A stretch of DNA of 64,000 bases from the human T2T-CHM13v2.0 reference genome, Homo sapiens. The notes below the pieces were generated by a model. The model did no database searches and was not told where the DNA came from. It worked only from the letters and a program-made list of their open reading frames with translations. Shown piece by piece: positions 41,470 through 57,700 of this stretch. Within the stretch, counting starts at the first letter, position 1, and each line of letters starts with the position of its first letter. The translations under genes were made by a program, and so were the position numbers. Location: NCBI RefSeq assembly GCF_009914755.1, contig NC_060938.1, one strand, 5' to 3'.

Positions 41470-43400
41470 TCCATTCCATTTCATTTCGTTCAATTCGGCT
41501 CGAGTTTATTCAATTCCATTCTATTCCATTCCATTCCATTCCATTCTACTCTGGTGGGTTCCATTACTTTCCTTTCCATTCGATTCCATTCCATTCCATT
41601 CCATTCCATTCTATTCCATTCCATTCCATTCCATTCTACTCTGGTGTGTTCCATTACTTTCCTTTCCATTCGATTCCATTCCATTCCATTCCATTCCATT
41701 CCATTCCATTCCATTCCATTCCACTGAATTCCCTTCCTTTCCATTCAATTCCATTTAATTCCACTCGGGGTGATTCATTTCCATTGAATTCCATTCCATT
41801 AGATTCCTTTCCCCTCGGGTTGATTCAATTCCATTCTACTCCATTCCATTCCATTCCATTCCACTCCATTCCATTCCATTCCCCTCGTGTTCATTCAATT
41901 CCATTCCATTCCATTCCATTCCATTCCATTACATTACATTACATTACATTCGGGTTAATTCAATTCCATTCTATACCATTCCTTTCCATTCCATTCCATT
42001 CCATTTTGTTCAATTCCGCTCGAGTTGATTAAATTCCATTCTATTCCATTCCATTCCATTCCATTCCGCTCGTGTTCATTCAATTCCATTCTATTCCATT
42101 CCATTCCATTCCATTCCATTCCATTCCATTCGGGTTAATTCAATTCCATGCTATACCATTCCATTCCATTCCATTCCATTCCATTCCATTTCATTTTGTT
42201 CAATTCGGCTCGAGTTTACTCAATTCCATTCTATTCCATTCCATTCTACTCTGGTGGGTTCCATTACTTTCCTTTCCATTTGATTCCATTCCATTCCATT
42301 CCATTCCATTCTATTCCATTCCATTCCATTCCATTCTACTCTGGTGGGTTCCATTACTTTCCTTTCCATTCGATTCCATTCCATTCCATTCCATTCCATT
42401 CCATTCCATTCCATTCCATTCCATTCCATTCCATTATATTCCACTGAATTCCCTTCCTTTCCATTCCATTCCATTTAATTCCACTCGGGATGATTCATTT
42501 CCATTGAATTCCATTCCATTCCATTCCTTTCCCCTCGGGTTGATTCAATTCCATTCTACTCCATTCCATTCCATTCCATTCCACTCCATTCCATTCCATT
42601 CCCCTCGTGTTCATTCAATTCCATTCCATTCCATTCCATTCCATTCCATTACATTACATTACATTACATTCGGGTTAATTCAATTCCATTCTATACCATT
42701 TCTTTCCATTCCATTCCATTCCATTTTGTTCAATTCCGCTCGAGTTGATTAAATTCCATTCTATTCCATTCCATTCCATTCCATTCCGCTCGTGTTCATT
42801 CAATTCCATTCTATTCCATTCCATTCCATTCCATTCCATTCCATTCCATTCCATTCGGGTTAATTCAATTCCATGCTATACCATTCCATTCCATTCCATT
42901 CCATTCCATTCCATTTCATTTTGTTCAATTCGGCTCGAGTTTACTCAATTCCATTCTATTCCATTCCATTCCATTCCATTCTACTCTGGTGGGTTCCATT
43001 ACTTTCCTTTCCATTCGATTCCATTCCATTCCATTCCATTCCATTCTATTCCATTCCATTCCATTCCATTCTACTCTGGTGGGTTCCATTACTTTCCTTT
43101 CCATTCGATTCCATTCCATTCCATTCCATTCCATTCCATTCCATTCCATTCCATTCCATTATATTCCACTGAATTCCCTTCCTTTCCATTCCATTCCATT
43201 TAATTCCACTCGGGATGATTCATTTCCATTGAATTCCATTCCATTCCATTCCTTTCCCCTCGGGTTGATTCAATTCCATTCTATTCCATTCCATTCCATT
43301 CCATTCCATTCCATTCCCCTCGTGTTCATTCAATTCCATTCTATTCCATTCCATTCCATTCCTTTCCATTCCATTCCATTCCATTCCATTCCATTCCATT
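41470..43400 (+). repeat. Tandem triplication (about 2.6 copies), unit ~710-725 bp
   Basis: CGGCTCGAGTTTA at 41496, 42206 and 42931; (ACATT)4-CGGGTTAATT at 41931 and 42651 (offset 720). Confidence 0.9.
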
Positions 43401-46400
43401 CGCGTTGATTCAATTCCAATCTATGCCATTCCATTCCATTCCATTCCATCCCTTTCCATTCAATTCCATTGCATTCCATTCAGCTCGGGTTGAATCAATT
43501 CCATTCTATTCCATTCCATTCCATTCCATTCTACTCGGGTGGATTCCATTACTTTCATTTCCATTCGATTCCATTCCATTCCATTCCACTCCATTCCCTT
43601 CCTTTCATTCCATTCCAATGAAACCCACTCGGGTTGATTCCATTCCATTCCATTCCATTCCATTCCATTCCATTCCATTCCATTCCTTTCCACTCGGGTT
43701 GATTCAATTCCATTCTATTCCATTCCATTCCAATCGATTCCATTCCACACGGCTTGATTCAATTCCGTTCTATTCCATTGCATTCCATTTACCTCCATTG
43801 CATTCCATTCCATTCCATTCGATTCCATTCCACTAGGGTTGATTCCATTCATTTCTATTCCATTCCATTCCATTCCATTCCATTCCACTCCGGTTGACTC
43901 AATTCCATTATATTGAATTCCATTCCATTCCATTCCATTCCATTCAATTCCTCTCGGGTTGAGTCGATTCCATTCTGTTCCATTCCATTCCATTCCATTC
44001 CATTCCACTCGGGTTGATTCCATTCAATTCTATTCCATTCCATTCCATTCCAATCGTGCAGTTTCAATTCCATTCTATACCACTCCATTCCATTTCATTC
44101 AATTAAATTCCATACCATTCTATTCCACTCTGGGTGACTCAATTCCATTATATTCTATTCCGTTCCATTCAATTCCATTCCTCTCAGGTTGATTCGATTC
44201 CGTTGTTTTACATTCCATTCCATTCCACTTGGGTTGATTAAATACCATTATATTCCATTCGATTCCATTCCATTCCATTCCATTTCATTCCATACCATTC
44301 CATTCCATTCCATACCATTCCATTCCATTCCATACCATTCCATTCCATTCCACTCGGTTTAAATGAATTCCAGTCTATTCTATTCCATTCCATTCCATTC
44401 CATGCCATTCCATTCCATTCCACTCGGGTTGATTCAATTCCATTCTAATACATTCCATTCCATTCCATTCCATTCCATTCCGCTCGTGTTCATTCAATTC
44501 CATTCTATTCCATTCCATTCCATTCCATTCCATTCCATTCCATTCCATTCCATTTCATTCCATACCATTCCATTCCATTCTATACCATTCCATTCCATTC
44601 CACTCGGTTTAAATGAATTCCAGTCTATTCCATTCCATTCCATTCCATTCCATGCCATTCCATTCCATTCCACTCGGGTTGATTCAATTCCATTCTAATA
44701 CATGCCATTCCATTCCATTCTACTCGGGTTGATTCAATTCCATTCTAATACATGCCATTCCATTCCATTCCATTCCATTCCATTCCATTCCATTCCATTC
44801 CATTCCATTCCACTCGTGTTCATTCAATTCCATTCTATTCCATTCCATTGCATTCCATTCCATTCCATTCGGGTTGATTCAATTCCATTCTATACCATTC
44901 CATTCCATTCCATTCCATTCCATTTCGTTCAATTCCGCTCGAGTTGATTCAATTCCATTCTATTCCATTCCATTCTATTCCATTCTACTCTGATGGGTTC
45001 CATTACTTTCCTTTCGATTCGATTCCATTCCATTCCATTCCATTCCATTCCATTCCATTCTATTCCATTCCATTCCATTCCATTCTACTCTGGTGGGTTC
45101 CATTACTTTCCTTTCCATTCGATTCCATTCCATTCCATTCCATTCCATTCCATTCCATTCCATTCCATTCCATTCCACTGAATTCCCTTCCTTTCCATTC
45201 CATTCCATTTAATTCCACTCGGGATGATTCATTTCCATTGAATTGCATTCCATTCCATTCCTTTCCCCTCGGGTTGATTCAATTCCATTCTACTCCATTC
45301 CATTCCATTCCATTCCATTCCATTCCATTCCATTCCATTCCATTCCGCTTGTGTTCATTCAATTCCATTCTATTCCATTCCATTCCATTCCTTTCCATTC
45401 CATTCCATTCCATTCCATTCGGGTTGGTTCAATTCCATTCTATGCCATTCCATTCCATTCCATTCCATTCCTTTCCATTCAATTCCATTGCGTTCCATTC
45501 CACTCGGGTTGATTCAATTCCATTCTATTCCATTCCATTCTATTCCATTCCATTCCATTCTACTCGGGTGGATTCCATTACTTTCATTTCCATTCGATTC
45601 CATTCCATTCCATTCCACTCCATTCCCTTCCTTTCGTTCCATTCCAATGAAACCCTCTCGGGCTGATTCCATTCCATTCCATTCCATTCCATTCCATTCC
45701 ATTCCATTCCATTCCATTCCGTTCCTTTCCACTCGGGTTGATCCAATTCCATTCTATTCCATTCCATTCCATTCCATTCCAATCGATTCCATTCCACACG
45801 GGTTGATTCAATTCCGTTCTATTCCATTGCATTCCATTTACCTCCACTGCATTCCATTCCATTCCATTCGATTCCATTCCACTAGGGTTGATTCCATTCA
45901 TTTCTATTCTATTCCATTCCATTCCATTCCATTCAATTCCACTCCAGTTGACTCAATTCCATTATATTGAATTCCATTCCATTCCATTCCATTCCATTCC
46001 ATTCAATTCCTCTCGGGTTGAGTCGATTCCATTCTGTTCCATTCCATTCCATTCCATTCCATTCCATTCCATTCAGATCCACTCGGGTTGATTAAATACC
46101 ATTATATTCCATTCCATTCCATTCCATTCCATTCCATTCCATTCCATACCATTCCATTCCATTAAACTCAGTTTAAATGAATTCCAGTCTATTCCATTCC
46201 AATCAATTCCATTCCATTCCATTCCACTCGGGTTAGTTGCATTTCATTCCATTCCATTCCATTCCATTATATTCCATTCCACTCGGGTTGATTCAATTCC
46301 ATTCTATTCCATTCCATTCAATTACTTTCCATTCCATTCCATTCCATACCATTCCATCCCATTCCACTCGGTGTTGATTCAAATCCATGCTATTCCATTC

Positions 46401-49400
46401 CATTCCATTACATTACATTCCACTCGAGTTGATTCAATTCCATTCTATTCCCTTCCATTCCATTCCACTCCATTCCCTTCCATTCCATTCCACTCAGGTT
46501 AATTTAATTCAATTCTATTCCGTTCCATTCCATTCCATTCCTTTACACTCGGGTTGATTCAATTCCACTCCCTTGTATTTCACTACGTTTCATTCCATTC
46601 CATTCAATTCCATTGATTCCATTCGTGTTGATTCCATTCCATAACATTCCATTACACTCCTTTCCTTTCCATTCCCTTCCATTCCGTTCCACTGCACTCC
46701 ATTCCATTCCATTCCATTCCGTTAAATTCCATTCCCTTCCATTCCACAAGGGAGTTGATTTAATTCCATTCTATTCCATTCTATTCCATTGTATTCCATT
46801 GCATTCCATTCCATTCCGTTCTATTCCACTCCATTCCATTCCTTTCCATTCCATTCCATTCCATTCCATACCACGTGGGTTGATTCAATTTCATTCTATT
46901 CCATTGCATTCCATTCAATTTCATTCCCTTCAATTCCACTCGGGTTGATTCAATTCCGTTCTATTCTACTCCATTCCATTCCTTTCAATTCCATTCCACA
47001 TGGGTTGATTCAATTCCTTTCTATTCCACTCCATTCCATTAAATTTGATTCCATTCCATTCGATTCCCCTCCATTCCATTCCATTCCACAGGGGTTGATT
47101 CAATTCCTATCTGTTCCATTCCAGTCCTTTCCATTCCATTCCGTTCCTTTCCATTCCATCCCATTCCATTCTGTTCCACTTGGGGTTGATTCAAATCCAT
47201 TCTATTCCATTCCATTCTATTCCATTCCATTCCATTCTACTCGGGTATATTCAATTGCATTCTGTTGTATTCCATTCCATTCCATTCCATTCCATTCCAT
47301 TCCATTCCATTCCATTCCGTTCCACTCCATTCCACTCATGTTAATGCAATTCATTTCTATTCCATTCCATTACATTCCATTCCATTCCACTCCATTCCAT
47401 TCGGTTTGATTCCATTCCATTCTATTCAATTACATTCCTTTCCTTTCCATACCATTCCATTCCATTGCATTCCACTTGGGTTTATTCAGTTGCATTCTAT
47501 TCCATTCCATTCCATTCCATTCCATTCCATTCCATTCCATTCCATTCCATTCCATTCCACTCGGGTTGATTCCATTCAATTCTATTCCATTCCATTCCAT
47601 TGCAATCGAGCAGTTTCAATTCCATTCTATACCAGTCCATTCCATTTCATTCAATTCCGTTCCATTCCATTGTATTCCACTCTGGGTGACTCAATTCCAT
47701 TATATTCTATTCCATTCCATTCAATTCCATTCCTCTCAGGTTGATTCGATTCCGTTGTTTTCCATTCCATTCCATTCCACTCGGGTTGATTAAATACCAT
47801 TATATTCCATTCGATTCCATTCCATTCCATTCCATTCCATTCCATTCCATTCCATTCCATTCCATTTCATTCCACACCATTCCATTCCATTCCATACCAT
47901 TCCATTCCATTCCACTCGGTTTAAATGAATTCCAGTCTATTCTATTCCATTCCATTCCATTCCATTCCATGCCATTCCATTCCATTCCACTCGGGTTGAT
48001 TCAATTCCATTCTAATACATTCCATTCCATTCCATTTCATTCCATTCCGCTCGTGTTCATTCAATTCCATTCTATTCCATTCCATTCCATTCCATTCCAT
48101 TCCATTCCATTCCATTCCATTCGGGTTCATTCAATTCCATTCTATACCATTCCATTCCATTCCATTTCGTTCAATTCCGCTCGAGTTGATTCAATTCCAT
48201 TCTATTCCATTCCATTCCATTCCATTCCATTCCATTCCATTCCATTCCGCTCGTGTTCATTCAATTCCATTCTATTCCATTCCATTCCATTCCATTCCAT
48301 TCGGGTTAATTCAATTCCATTCTATACCATTCCATTCCATTCCATTCCATTCCATTCCATTGCGTTCAATTCCGCTCGAGTTGATTCAATTCCATTCTAT
48401 TCCATTCCATTCCATTCCATTCTACTCTGGTGGGTTCCATTACTTTCCTTTCCATTCGATTCCATTCCATTCCATTCCATTCCATTCCATCCCTTTCCAT
48501 TCAATTCCATTGCATTCCATTCAGCTCGGGTTGAATCAATTCCATTCTATTCCATTCCATTCCATTCCATTCTACTCGGGTGGATTCCATTACTTTCATT
48601 TCCATTCGATTCCATTCCATTTCATTCCACTCCATTCCCTTCCTTTCGTTCCATTCCAATGAAACCCACTCGGGTTGATTCCATTCCATTCCATTCCATT
48701 CCATTCCATTCCATTCCATTCCTTTCCACTCGGGTTGATTCAATTCCATTCTATTCCATTCCATTCCATTCCATTCCAATCGATTCCATTCCACACGGGT
48801 TGATTCAATTCCGTTCTATTCCATTGCATTCCATTTACCTCCATTGCATTCCATTCCATTCCATTCCATTCCATTCCACTCGGGTTGATTAAATATCATT
48901 ATATTCCATTCGATTCCGTTCCATTCCATTCTATTCCATTCCATTCCATTCCATTCCTTTCCATTTCATTCCATACCATTTCATTCCATACCATTCCATT
49001 CCATTCCATACCATTCCATTCCATTCCACTCGGTTTAAATGAATTCCAGTCTATTCCATTCCATTCCATTCCATTCCATTCCATGCCATTCCATTCCATT
49101 CCACTCGGGATGATTCAATTCCATTCTAATACATTCCATTCCATTCAATTCCATTCCATTCCATTCCGCTCGTGTTCACTCAATTCCATTCTATTCCATT
49201 CTATTCCATTCCATTCCATTCCATTCCATTCCATTCCATTCCATTCCATTATATTCCATTCCACTCGGGTTGATTCAATCCCTTTCTGTTCCGTTCCATT
49301 CAGTTACATTCCATTCCATTGCATTCCATACCTTTCCATACCATTCGACTCGGTGTTGATTCATATTCATTCTATTCCATTCCATTCCATTACATTACAT

Positions 49401-49434
49401 TCCACTTGGCTTGATTCAATTCCATTCTATTCCA

Positions 49435-50575
49435 TTCCATTCCATTCCATTCCACTCCATTCCTTTCCATTCTATTCCACTCAGGTTAATTCAATTCTAT
49501 TCCATTCCATTCCATTCCATTCCGTTCAATTCCACTCGGTTTGATTCACTTCCATTCTATTCCATTCCATTCTACTCGGGTCGATTCCATTACTTTCCTT
49601 TCCATTCGATTCCATTGCATTCCCTTGCTTTCCATTCCATTCCATTTAATTCCACTCGGGTTGATTCATTACCATTTAATTCCATTCCATTACATTCCTT
49701 TCCTCTCGGGTTGATTCAGTTCCATTCTATTCCATTCCTCTCCATTCCATTCCTTTCCATTACACACTGGTTGATTCAATTCCATTCTATTCCATTGCAT
49801 TCCATTTAACTCCATTCCATTCCATTCCATTCCATACCATTCCATTCCATTCTACTCGGGTTGATTCCATTCCATTCCATTCCATTCCATTCCATTCCAT
49901 TCCGCTCGTGTTCATTCAATTCCATTCTATTCCATTCCATTCCATTCCTTTCCATTCCATTCCATTCCATTCGGGTTGATTCAATTCCATTCTATGCCAT
50001 TCCATTCCATTCCATTCCACTCCATTCCTTTCCATTCTATTCCACTCAGGTTAATTCAATTCTATTCCATTCCATTCCATTCCATTCCGTTCAATTCCAC
50101 TCGGTTTGATTCACTTCCATTCTATTCCATTCCATTCTACTCGGGTCGATTCCATTACTTTCCTTTCCATTCGATTCCATTGCATTCCCTTGCTTTCCAT
50201 TCCATTCCATTTAATTCCACTCGGGTTGATTCATTACCATTTAATTCCATTCCATTACATTCCTTTCCTCTCGGGTTGATTCAGTTCCATTCTATTCCAT
50301 TCCTCTCCATTCCATTCCTTGCCATTACACACTGGTTGATTCAATTCCATTCTATTCCATTGCATTCCATTTAACTCCATTCCATTCCATTCCATTCCAT
50401 ACCGTTCCATTCCATTCTACTCGGGTTGATTCCATTCCATTCCATTCCATTCCATTCCATTCCATTCCGCTCGTGTTCATTCAATTCCATTCTATTCCAT
50501 TCCATTCCATTCCTTTCCATTCCATTCCATTCCATTCGTGTTGATTCAATTCCATTCTATGCCATTCCATTCCAT
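49435..50575 (+). repeat. 565-bp tandem duplication of a rare module
   Basis: TCAGGTTAATTC at 49481 and 50046; TATGCC at 49993 and 50558; ORFs 49411..49809 and 49976..50374 are near-identical (offset 565). Confidence 0.92.
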
Positions 50576-51738
50576 TCCATTCCTTTCCATTCAATTCCAT
50601 TGTGTTCCATTCAGCTCGGGTTGATTCAATTCCATTCTATTCTATTCCATTCCATTCCATTCTACTCGGGTAGATTCCATTACTTTCATTTCCATTCGAT
50701 TCCGTTCCATTCCATTCCACTCCATTCCCTTCCTTTCGTTCCATTCCAATGAAACCCACTCGGGTTGATTCCATTCTATTCCATTCCATTCCATTCCATT
50801 CCTTTCCACTCGGGTTGATTCAATTCCATTCTATTCCATTCCATTCCATTCCATTCCAATCGATTCCATTCCACACGGGTTGACGGGTTGATTCAATTCC
50901 GTTCTATTCCATTGCATTCCATTTACCTCCATTGCATTCCATTCCATTCCATTCCATTCCATTCCATTCCACTAGGGTTGATTCCATTAATTTCTATTCC
51001 ATTCCATTCCATTCCATTCCATTCCATTCCACTCCGGTTGACTCAATTCCATTATATTGAATTCCATTCCATTCCATTCCATTCCATTCAATTCCTCCCG
51101 GGTTGAGTCGATTCCATTCCGTTCCATTCCATTCCATTCCATTCCATAACATTCCATTAAACTCGGTTTAAATGAATTCCAGTCTATTCCATTCCAATCA
51201 ATTCCATTCCATTCCATTCCACTCGGGTTAGTTGCATTTCATTCCATTCCATTCCATTCCATTGCATTATATTCCATTCCACTCGGGTTGATTCAATTCC
51301 ATTCTATTCCGTTGCATTCAATTACTTTCCATTCCATTCCATTCCATACCATTCCATCCCATTCCACTCGGTGTTGATTCAAATCCATGCTATTCCATCC
51401 CATTCCATTACATTACATTCCACTCGAGTTGATTCAATTCCATTCTATTCCCTTCCATTGCATTCCACTCCATTCCCTTCCATTCTATTCCACTCAGGTT
51501 AATTTAATTCAATTGTATTCCGTTCCATTCCATTCCATTCCTTTACACTCGGGTTGATTCAATTCCACTCCCTTGTATTTCACTACGTTCCATTCCATTC
51601 CATTCAATTCCATTGATTCCATTCGTGTTGATTCCATTCCATTACATTCCATTACATTCCATTCCTTTCCATTCCCTTCCATTCCATTCCACTGCACTCC
51701 ATTCCATTCCATTCCGTTAAATTCCATTCCCTTCCATT

Positions 51739-54700
51739 CCACAAGGGAGTTGATTTAATTCCATTCTATTCCATTCTATTCCATGGTATTCCATTCCATT
51801 CCATTCCACTCCATTCCATTCCTTTCCATTCCATTCCATTCCATTCCATTCCATACCACGTGGGTTGATTCAATTCCATTCTATTCCATTGCATTCCATT
51901 GCATTCCATTCCATTCCATTTCATTCCCTTCAATTCCACTCAGGTTGATTCTATTCCGTTCTATTCTACTCCATTCCATTCCTTTCAATTCCATTCCACT
52001 TGGGTTGATTCAATTCCTTTCTCTTCCACTCCATTCCATTAAATTCGATTCCATTCCATTCGATTCTCCTCCATTCCATTCCATTCCACAGGGGTTGATT
52101 CAATTCCTATCTGTTCCATTCCAGTCCTTTCCATTCAATTCCATTCCATTCCATTCTATTCCACTCCATTCATTTCCTTTCCATTCCATTCCATTCCATT
52201 CCATTCCATTCCATTCCATCCCATCCCATTCTATTCCACTCGGGGTTGATTCAAATCCATTCTATTCCATTCCATTCTATTCCATTCCATTCCATTCTAC
52301 TCGGGTATATTCAATTGCATTCTGTTGTATTCCTTTCCATTCCATTCCATTCCATTCCATTCCATTCCACTCCATTCCACTCATGTTAGTGCAATTCATT
52401 TCTATTCCATTCCATTCCATTACATTCCATTCCACTCCATTCCATTCGGTTTGATTCCATTCCATTCTATTCTATTACATTCCTTTCCTTTCCATACCAT
52501 TCCATTCCATTGCATTCCACTTGGGTTTATTCAGTTGCATTCTATTCCATTCCATTCCATTCCATTCCATTCCATTCCATTCCATTCCATTCCATTCCAT
52601 TCCATTCCACTCGGGTTGATTCCATTCAATTCTATTCCATTCCATTCCATTCGAATCCAGCAGTTTCAATTCCATTCTATACCTCTCCATTCCATTTCAT
52701 TCAATTCCATTCCGTTCCATTCTATTCCACTCTGGGTGACTCAATTCCATTATATTCTATTCCATTCCATTCAATTCCATTCCTCTCAGGTTGATTCGAT
52801 TCCGTTGTTTTCCATTCCATTCCATTCCATTCCATTCCACTCGGGTTGATTAAATACCATTATATTCCATTCGATTCCATTCCATTCCATTCAATTCCAT
52901 TCCATTCCATTCCATTTCATTCCATACCATTCCATTCCATTCCATACCATTCCATTCCATTCCACTCGGTTTAAATGAATTCCAGTCTATTCCATTCCAT
53001 TCCATGCCATTCCATGCAACTCCATTCCATTCCACTCGGGTTGATTCAATTCCATTCTAATACATTCCATTCCATTCCATTCCATTCCATTCCATTCCAT
53101 TCCGCTCGTGTTCATTCAATTCCATTCCATTCCATTCCATTCCATTCCATTCCATTTGGGTTGATTCAATTCCATTCTATACCATTCCCTTCCATTCCAT
53201 TCCATTCAATTCCATTTCGTTAAATTCCGCTCGAGTTGATTCAATTCCATTCTATTCCATTCCATTCCATTCCATTCTACTCTGGTGGGTTCCGTTACTT
53301 TCCTTTCCGTTCGATTCCATTCCATTCCATTCTATTCCATTCCATTCCATTCCATTCTACTCTGGTGGGTTCCATTACATTCCTTTCCATTCGATTCCAT
53401 TCGATTCCACTCCATTCCATTCCTTTCCATTCCACTGAATTCCCTTCCTTTCCATTCCATTCCATTTAATTCCACTCGTCATGATTCATTTCCATTGAAT
53501 TCCATTCCATTCCATTCCTTTCCCCTCGGGTTGATTCAATTCCATTCTACTCCATTCCATTCCATTCCATTCCATTCCATTCTATTCCATTCCATTCCAT
53601 TCCATTCCGCTCGTGTTCATTCATTTCCATTCTATTCCATTCCATTCCATTCCTTTCCATTCCATTCCATTCCTTTCCATTCGGGTTGATTCAATTCCAT
53701 TCTATGCCATTCCATTCCATTCCATTCCATTCCTTTCCATTCTATTCCATTGCGTTACATTCAGCTCTGGTTGATTCAATTCCATTCTACTCTATTCCAT
53801 TCCATTCCATTCCATTCCACTCCATTCCCTTCCTTTCGTTCCATTCCAATTCTATTCCATTCCATTCCATTCCATTCCATTCCATTCCATTCCATTCCAT
53901 ACCATTCCATCCCATTCCACTCGGTGTTGATTCAAATCCATGCTATTCCATCCCATTCCATTACATTACATTCCACTCGAGTTGATTCAATTCCATTCTA
54001 TTCCCTTCCATTCCATTCTACTCCATTCCCTTCCATTCCATTCCACTCAGGTTAATTTAATTCACTTCTATTACGTTCCTTTCCATTCCATTCCTTTACA
54101 CTCGGGTTGATTCAATTCCACTCCCTTGTATTTCACTACGTTCCATTCCATTCCATTCAATTCCATTGATTCCATTCGTGTTGATTCCATTCCATTACAT
54201 TCCATTACATTCCTTTCCTTTCCATTCCCTTCCATTCCATTCCACTGCACTCCATTCCATTCCATTCCGTTACATTCCATTCCCTTCCATTCCACAAGGG
54301 AGTTGATTTAATTCCATTCTATTCCATTCTATTCCATTGTATTCCATTCCATTCCATTCCATTCCATTCCGTTCTATTCCACTGAATTCCCTTCCTTTCC
54401 ATTCCATTCCATTTAATTCCACTCGGGATGATTCATTTCCATTGAATTCCATTCCATTCCATTCCTTTCCCCTCGGGTTGATTCAATTCCATTCTACTCT
54501 ATTCCATTCCATTCCATTCCATTCCATTCCATTCCGCTCGTGTTCCTTCAATTCCATTCTATTCCATTCCATTCCATTCCATTCCATTCCATTCCATTCC
54601 GCTCGTGTTCCTTCAATTCCATTCTATTCCATTCCATTCCATTCCTTTCCATTCCATTCCATTCCATTCCTTTCGGGTTGATTCAATTCCATTCTATGCC

Positions 54701-57700
54701 ATTACATTCCATTACATTCCATTCCTTTCCATTCAATTCCATTGCGTTCCATTCAGCTCGGGTTCATTCAATTCCATTCTATTCCATTCCATTCCATTCC
54801 ATTCTACTCGGGTGGATTCCATTACTTTCATTTCCATTCGATTCCATTCCATTCCATTCCACTCCATTCCCTTCCTTTCGTTCCATTCCAATGAAACCCA
54901 CTCGGGTTGATTCCATTCCATTCCATCCCATTCCATTCCACTCCATTCCATTCCGTTCCTTTCCACTCGTGTTCATTCAATTCCATTCTATTCCATTCCA
55001 TTCCATTCCATTCCAATCGATTCCATTCCACACGGGTTGATTCAATTCTGTTCTATTCCATTGCATTCCATTTACCTCCATTGCATTCCATTCCATTCCA
55101 TTCCACTCCATTCCACTAGGGTTGATTCCATTCATTTCTATTCCATTCCATTCCATTCCATTCAATTCCACTCCGGTTGACTCAATTCCATTATATTGAA
55201 TTCCACTCCATTCCATTCCATTCCATTCAATTCCTCTCGGGTTGAGTCGATTCCATTCTGTTCCATTCCATTCCATTCCATTCCATTCCGATCCACTCGC
55301 GTTGATTAAATACAATTATATTCCATTTCATTCCATTCCATTCCATTCCATTCCATTCCATACCATTCCATTCCATTAAACTCGGTTTAAATGAATTCCA
55401 GTCTATTCCATTCCAATCAATTCCATTCCATTCCATTCCACTCGGGTTAGTTGCATTTCATTCCATTCCATTCCATTCAATTCCATTATATTCCATTCCA
55501 CTCGGGTTGATTCAATTCCATTCTATTCCATTCCATTCAATTCCATTCTATTCCATTCCATTCCATACCATTCAATCCCATTCCACTCAGTGTTGATTCA
55601 AATCTATGCTATTCCATCCCATTCCATTACATTACATTCCACTCGAGTTGATTCCATTCCACTCCATTCCCTTCCATTCCATTCCACTCAGGTTAATTTA
55701 ATTCAATTCTATTCCGTTCCATTCCATTCCATTCATTTACACTCGGGTTGAGTCAATTCCACTCCCTTGTATTTCACTATTTTCCATTCCATTCCATTCA
55801 ATTCCATTGATTCCATTCGTGTTGATTCCATTCCATTACATTCCATTACATTCCCTTCCTTTCCATTCCCTTCCATTCCATTCCACTGCACTCCATCTAA
55901 TTCCATTCCGTTAAATTCCATTCCCTTTTATTCCACAAGGGAGTTGATTTAAATACATTCTATTCTATTCTATTCCATTGTATTCCATTCCATTCCATTC
56001 CATTCCGTTCTATTCCACTCCATTCCATTCCTTTCCATTCCATTCCATTCCATTCCATACCACGTGGGTTGATTCAATTCCATTCTATTCCATTGCATTC
56101 CATTCCATTCCATTCCATTTCATTCCCTTCAATTCCACTCGGGTTGATTCAATTCCGTTCTATTCTACTCCATTCCATTCCTTTCAATTCCATTCCACTT
56201 GGGTTGATTCAATTCCTTTCTATTCCACTCCATTCCATTAAATTCGATTCCATTCCATTCGATTCCCCTCCATTCCATTCCATTCCACAGGGGTTGATTC
56301 AATTCCTATCTGTTCCATTCCAGTCCTTTCCATTCAATTCCATTACATTCCATTCGATTCCACTCCATTCATTTCCTTTCCATTCCATTCCATTCCATTC
56401 CCTCCCATCCCATTCTGTTCCACTCGGGGTTGATTCAAATCCGTACTATTCCATTCCATTCTTTTCCATTCCATTCCATTCTACTCGGGTATATTCAATT
56501 GCATTCTGTTGTATTCCATTCCATTCCATTCCATTCCATTCCATTCCACTCCACTCCATTCCACTCATGTTAATTCAATTCATTTCTATTCCATTCCATT
56601 CCATTCCATTCCATTCCACTCCATTCCATTCTGTTTGATTCCATTCCATTCTATTCAATTACATTCCTTTCCGTTCCATACCATTCCATTCCATTGCATT
56701 CCACTTGGGTTTATTCAGTTGCATTCTATTCCATTCCATTTCATTCCATTCTATTCCATTCCATTCCATTCCACTCGGGTTGATTCCATTCAATTCCATT
56801 CCATTCCATTCCATTCCAATCGAGCAGTTTCAATTCCATTCTATACCACTCCATTCCATTTCATTCAATTCCATTCCATTCCATTCTATTCCACTCTGGG
56901 TGACTCAATTCCATTATATTCTATTCCATTCCATTCAATTCCATTCCTCTCAGGTTGATTCGATTCCGTTGTTTTCCAATCCATTCCATTCCATTCCATT
57001 CCATTCCATTCCATTCCACTCGGGTTGATTAAATACCATTATATTCCATTCGATTCCACTCCATTCCATTCCATTCCATTCCATTCCATTCCATTCCATT
57101 CCATTCCATTTCATTCCATACCATTCCATTCCATTCCATACCATTCCATTCCATTCCACTCGGTTTAAATGAATTCCAGTCTATTCCATTCCATTCCATG
57201 CCATTCCATGCAACTCCATTCCATTCCACTCGGGTTGATTCAATTCCATTCTAATACATTCCATTCCATTCCATTCCATTCCATTCCATTCGGGTTGATT
57301 CAATTCCATTCTATACCATTCCATTCCATACCATTCCGTTCCATTCCATTCCATTCCATTTTGTTCAATTCCGCTCGAGTTGATTCAATTCCATTGTATT
57401 CCATTCCATTCCATTCCATTCTACTCTGGTGGGTTCCATTGCTTTCCTTTCCATTCGATTCCATTCCATTCCATTCCATTCCATTCTATTCCATTCCATT
57501 CCATTCTACTCTGGTGGGTTCCATTACTTTCCTTTCCATTCGATTCCATTCCATTCGATTCCATTCCATTCCATTCCATTCCATTCCATTCCATTCCATT
57601 TGAATCCATACCATTCCATTCCATTCCATTCCATTCCATTCCATTTGATTCCATACCATTCCATTCCATTCCATACCATTCCATTTCATTCCACTCGGTT

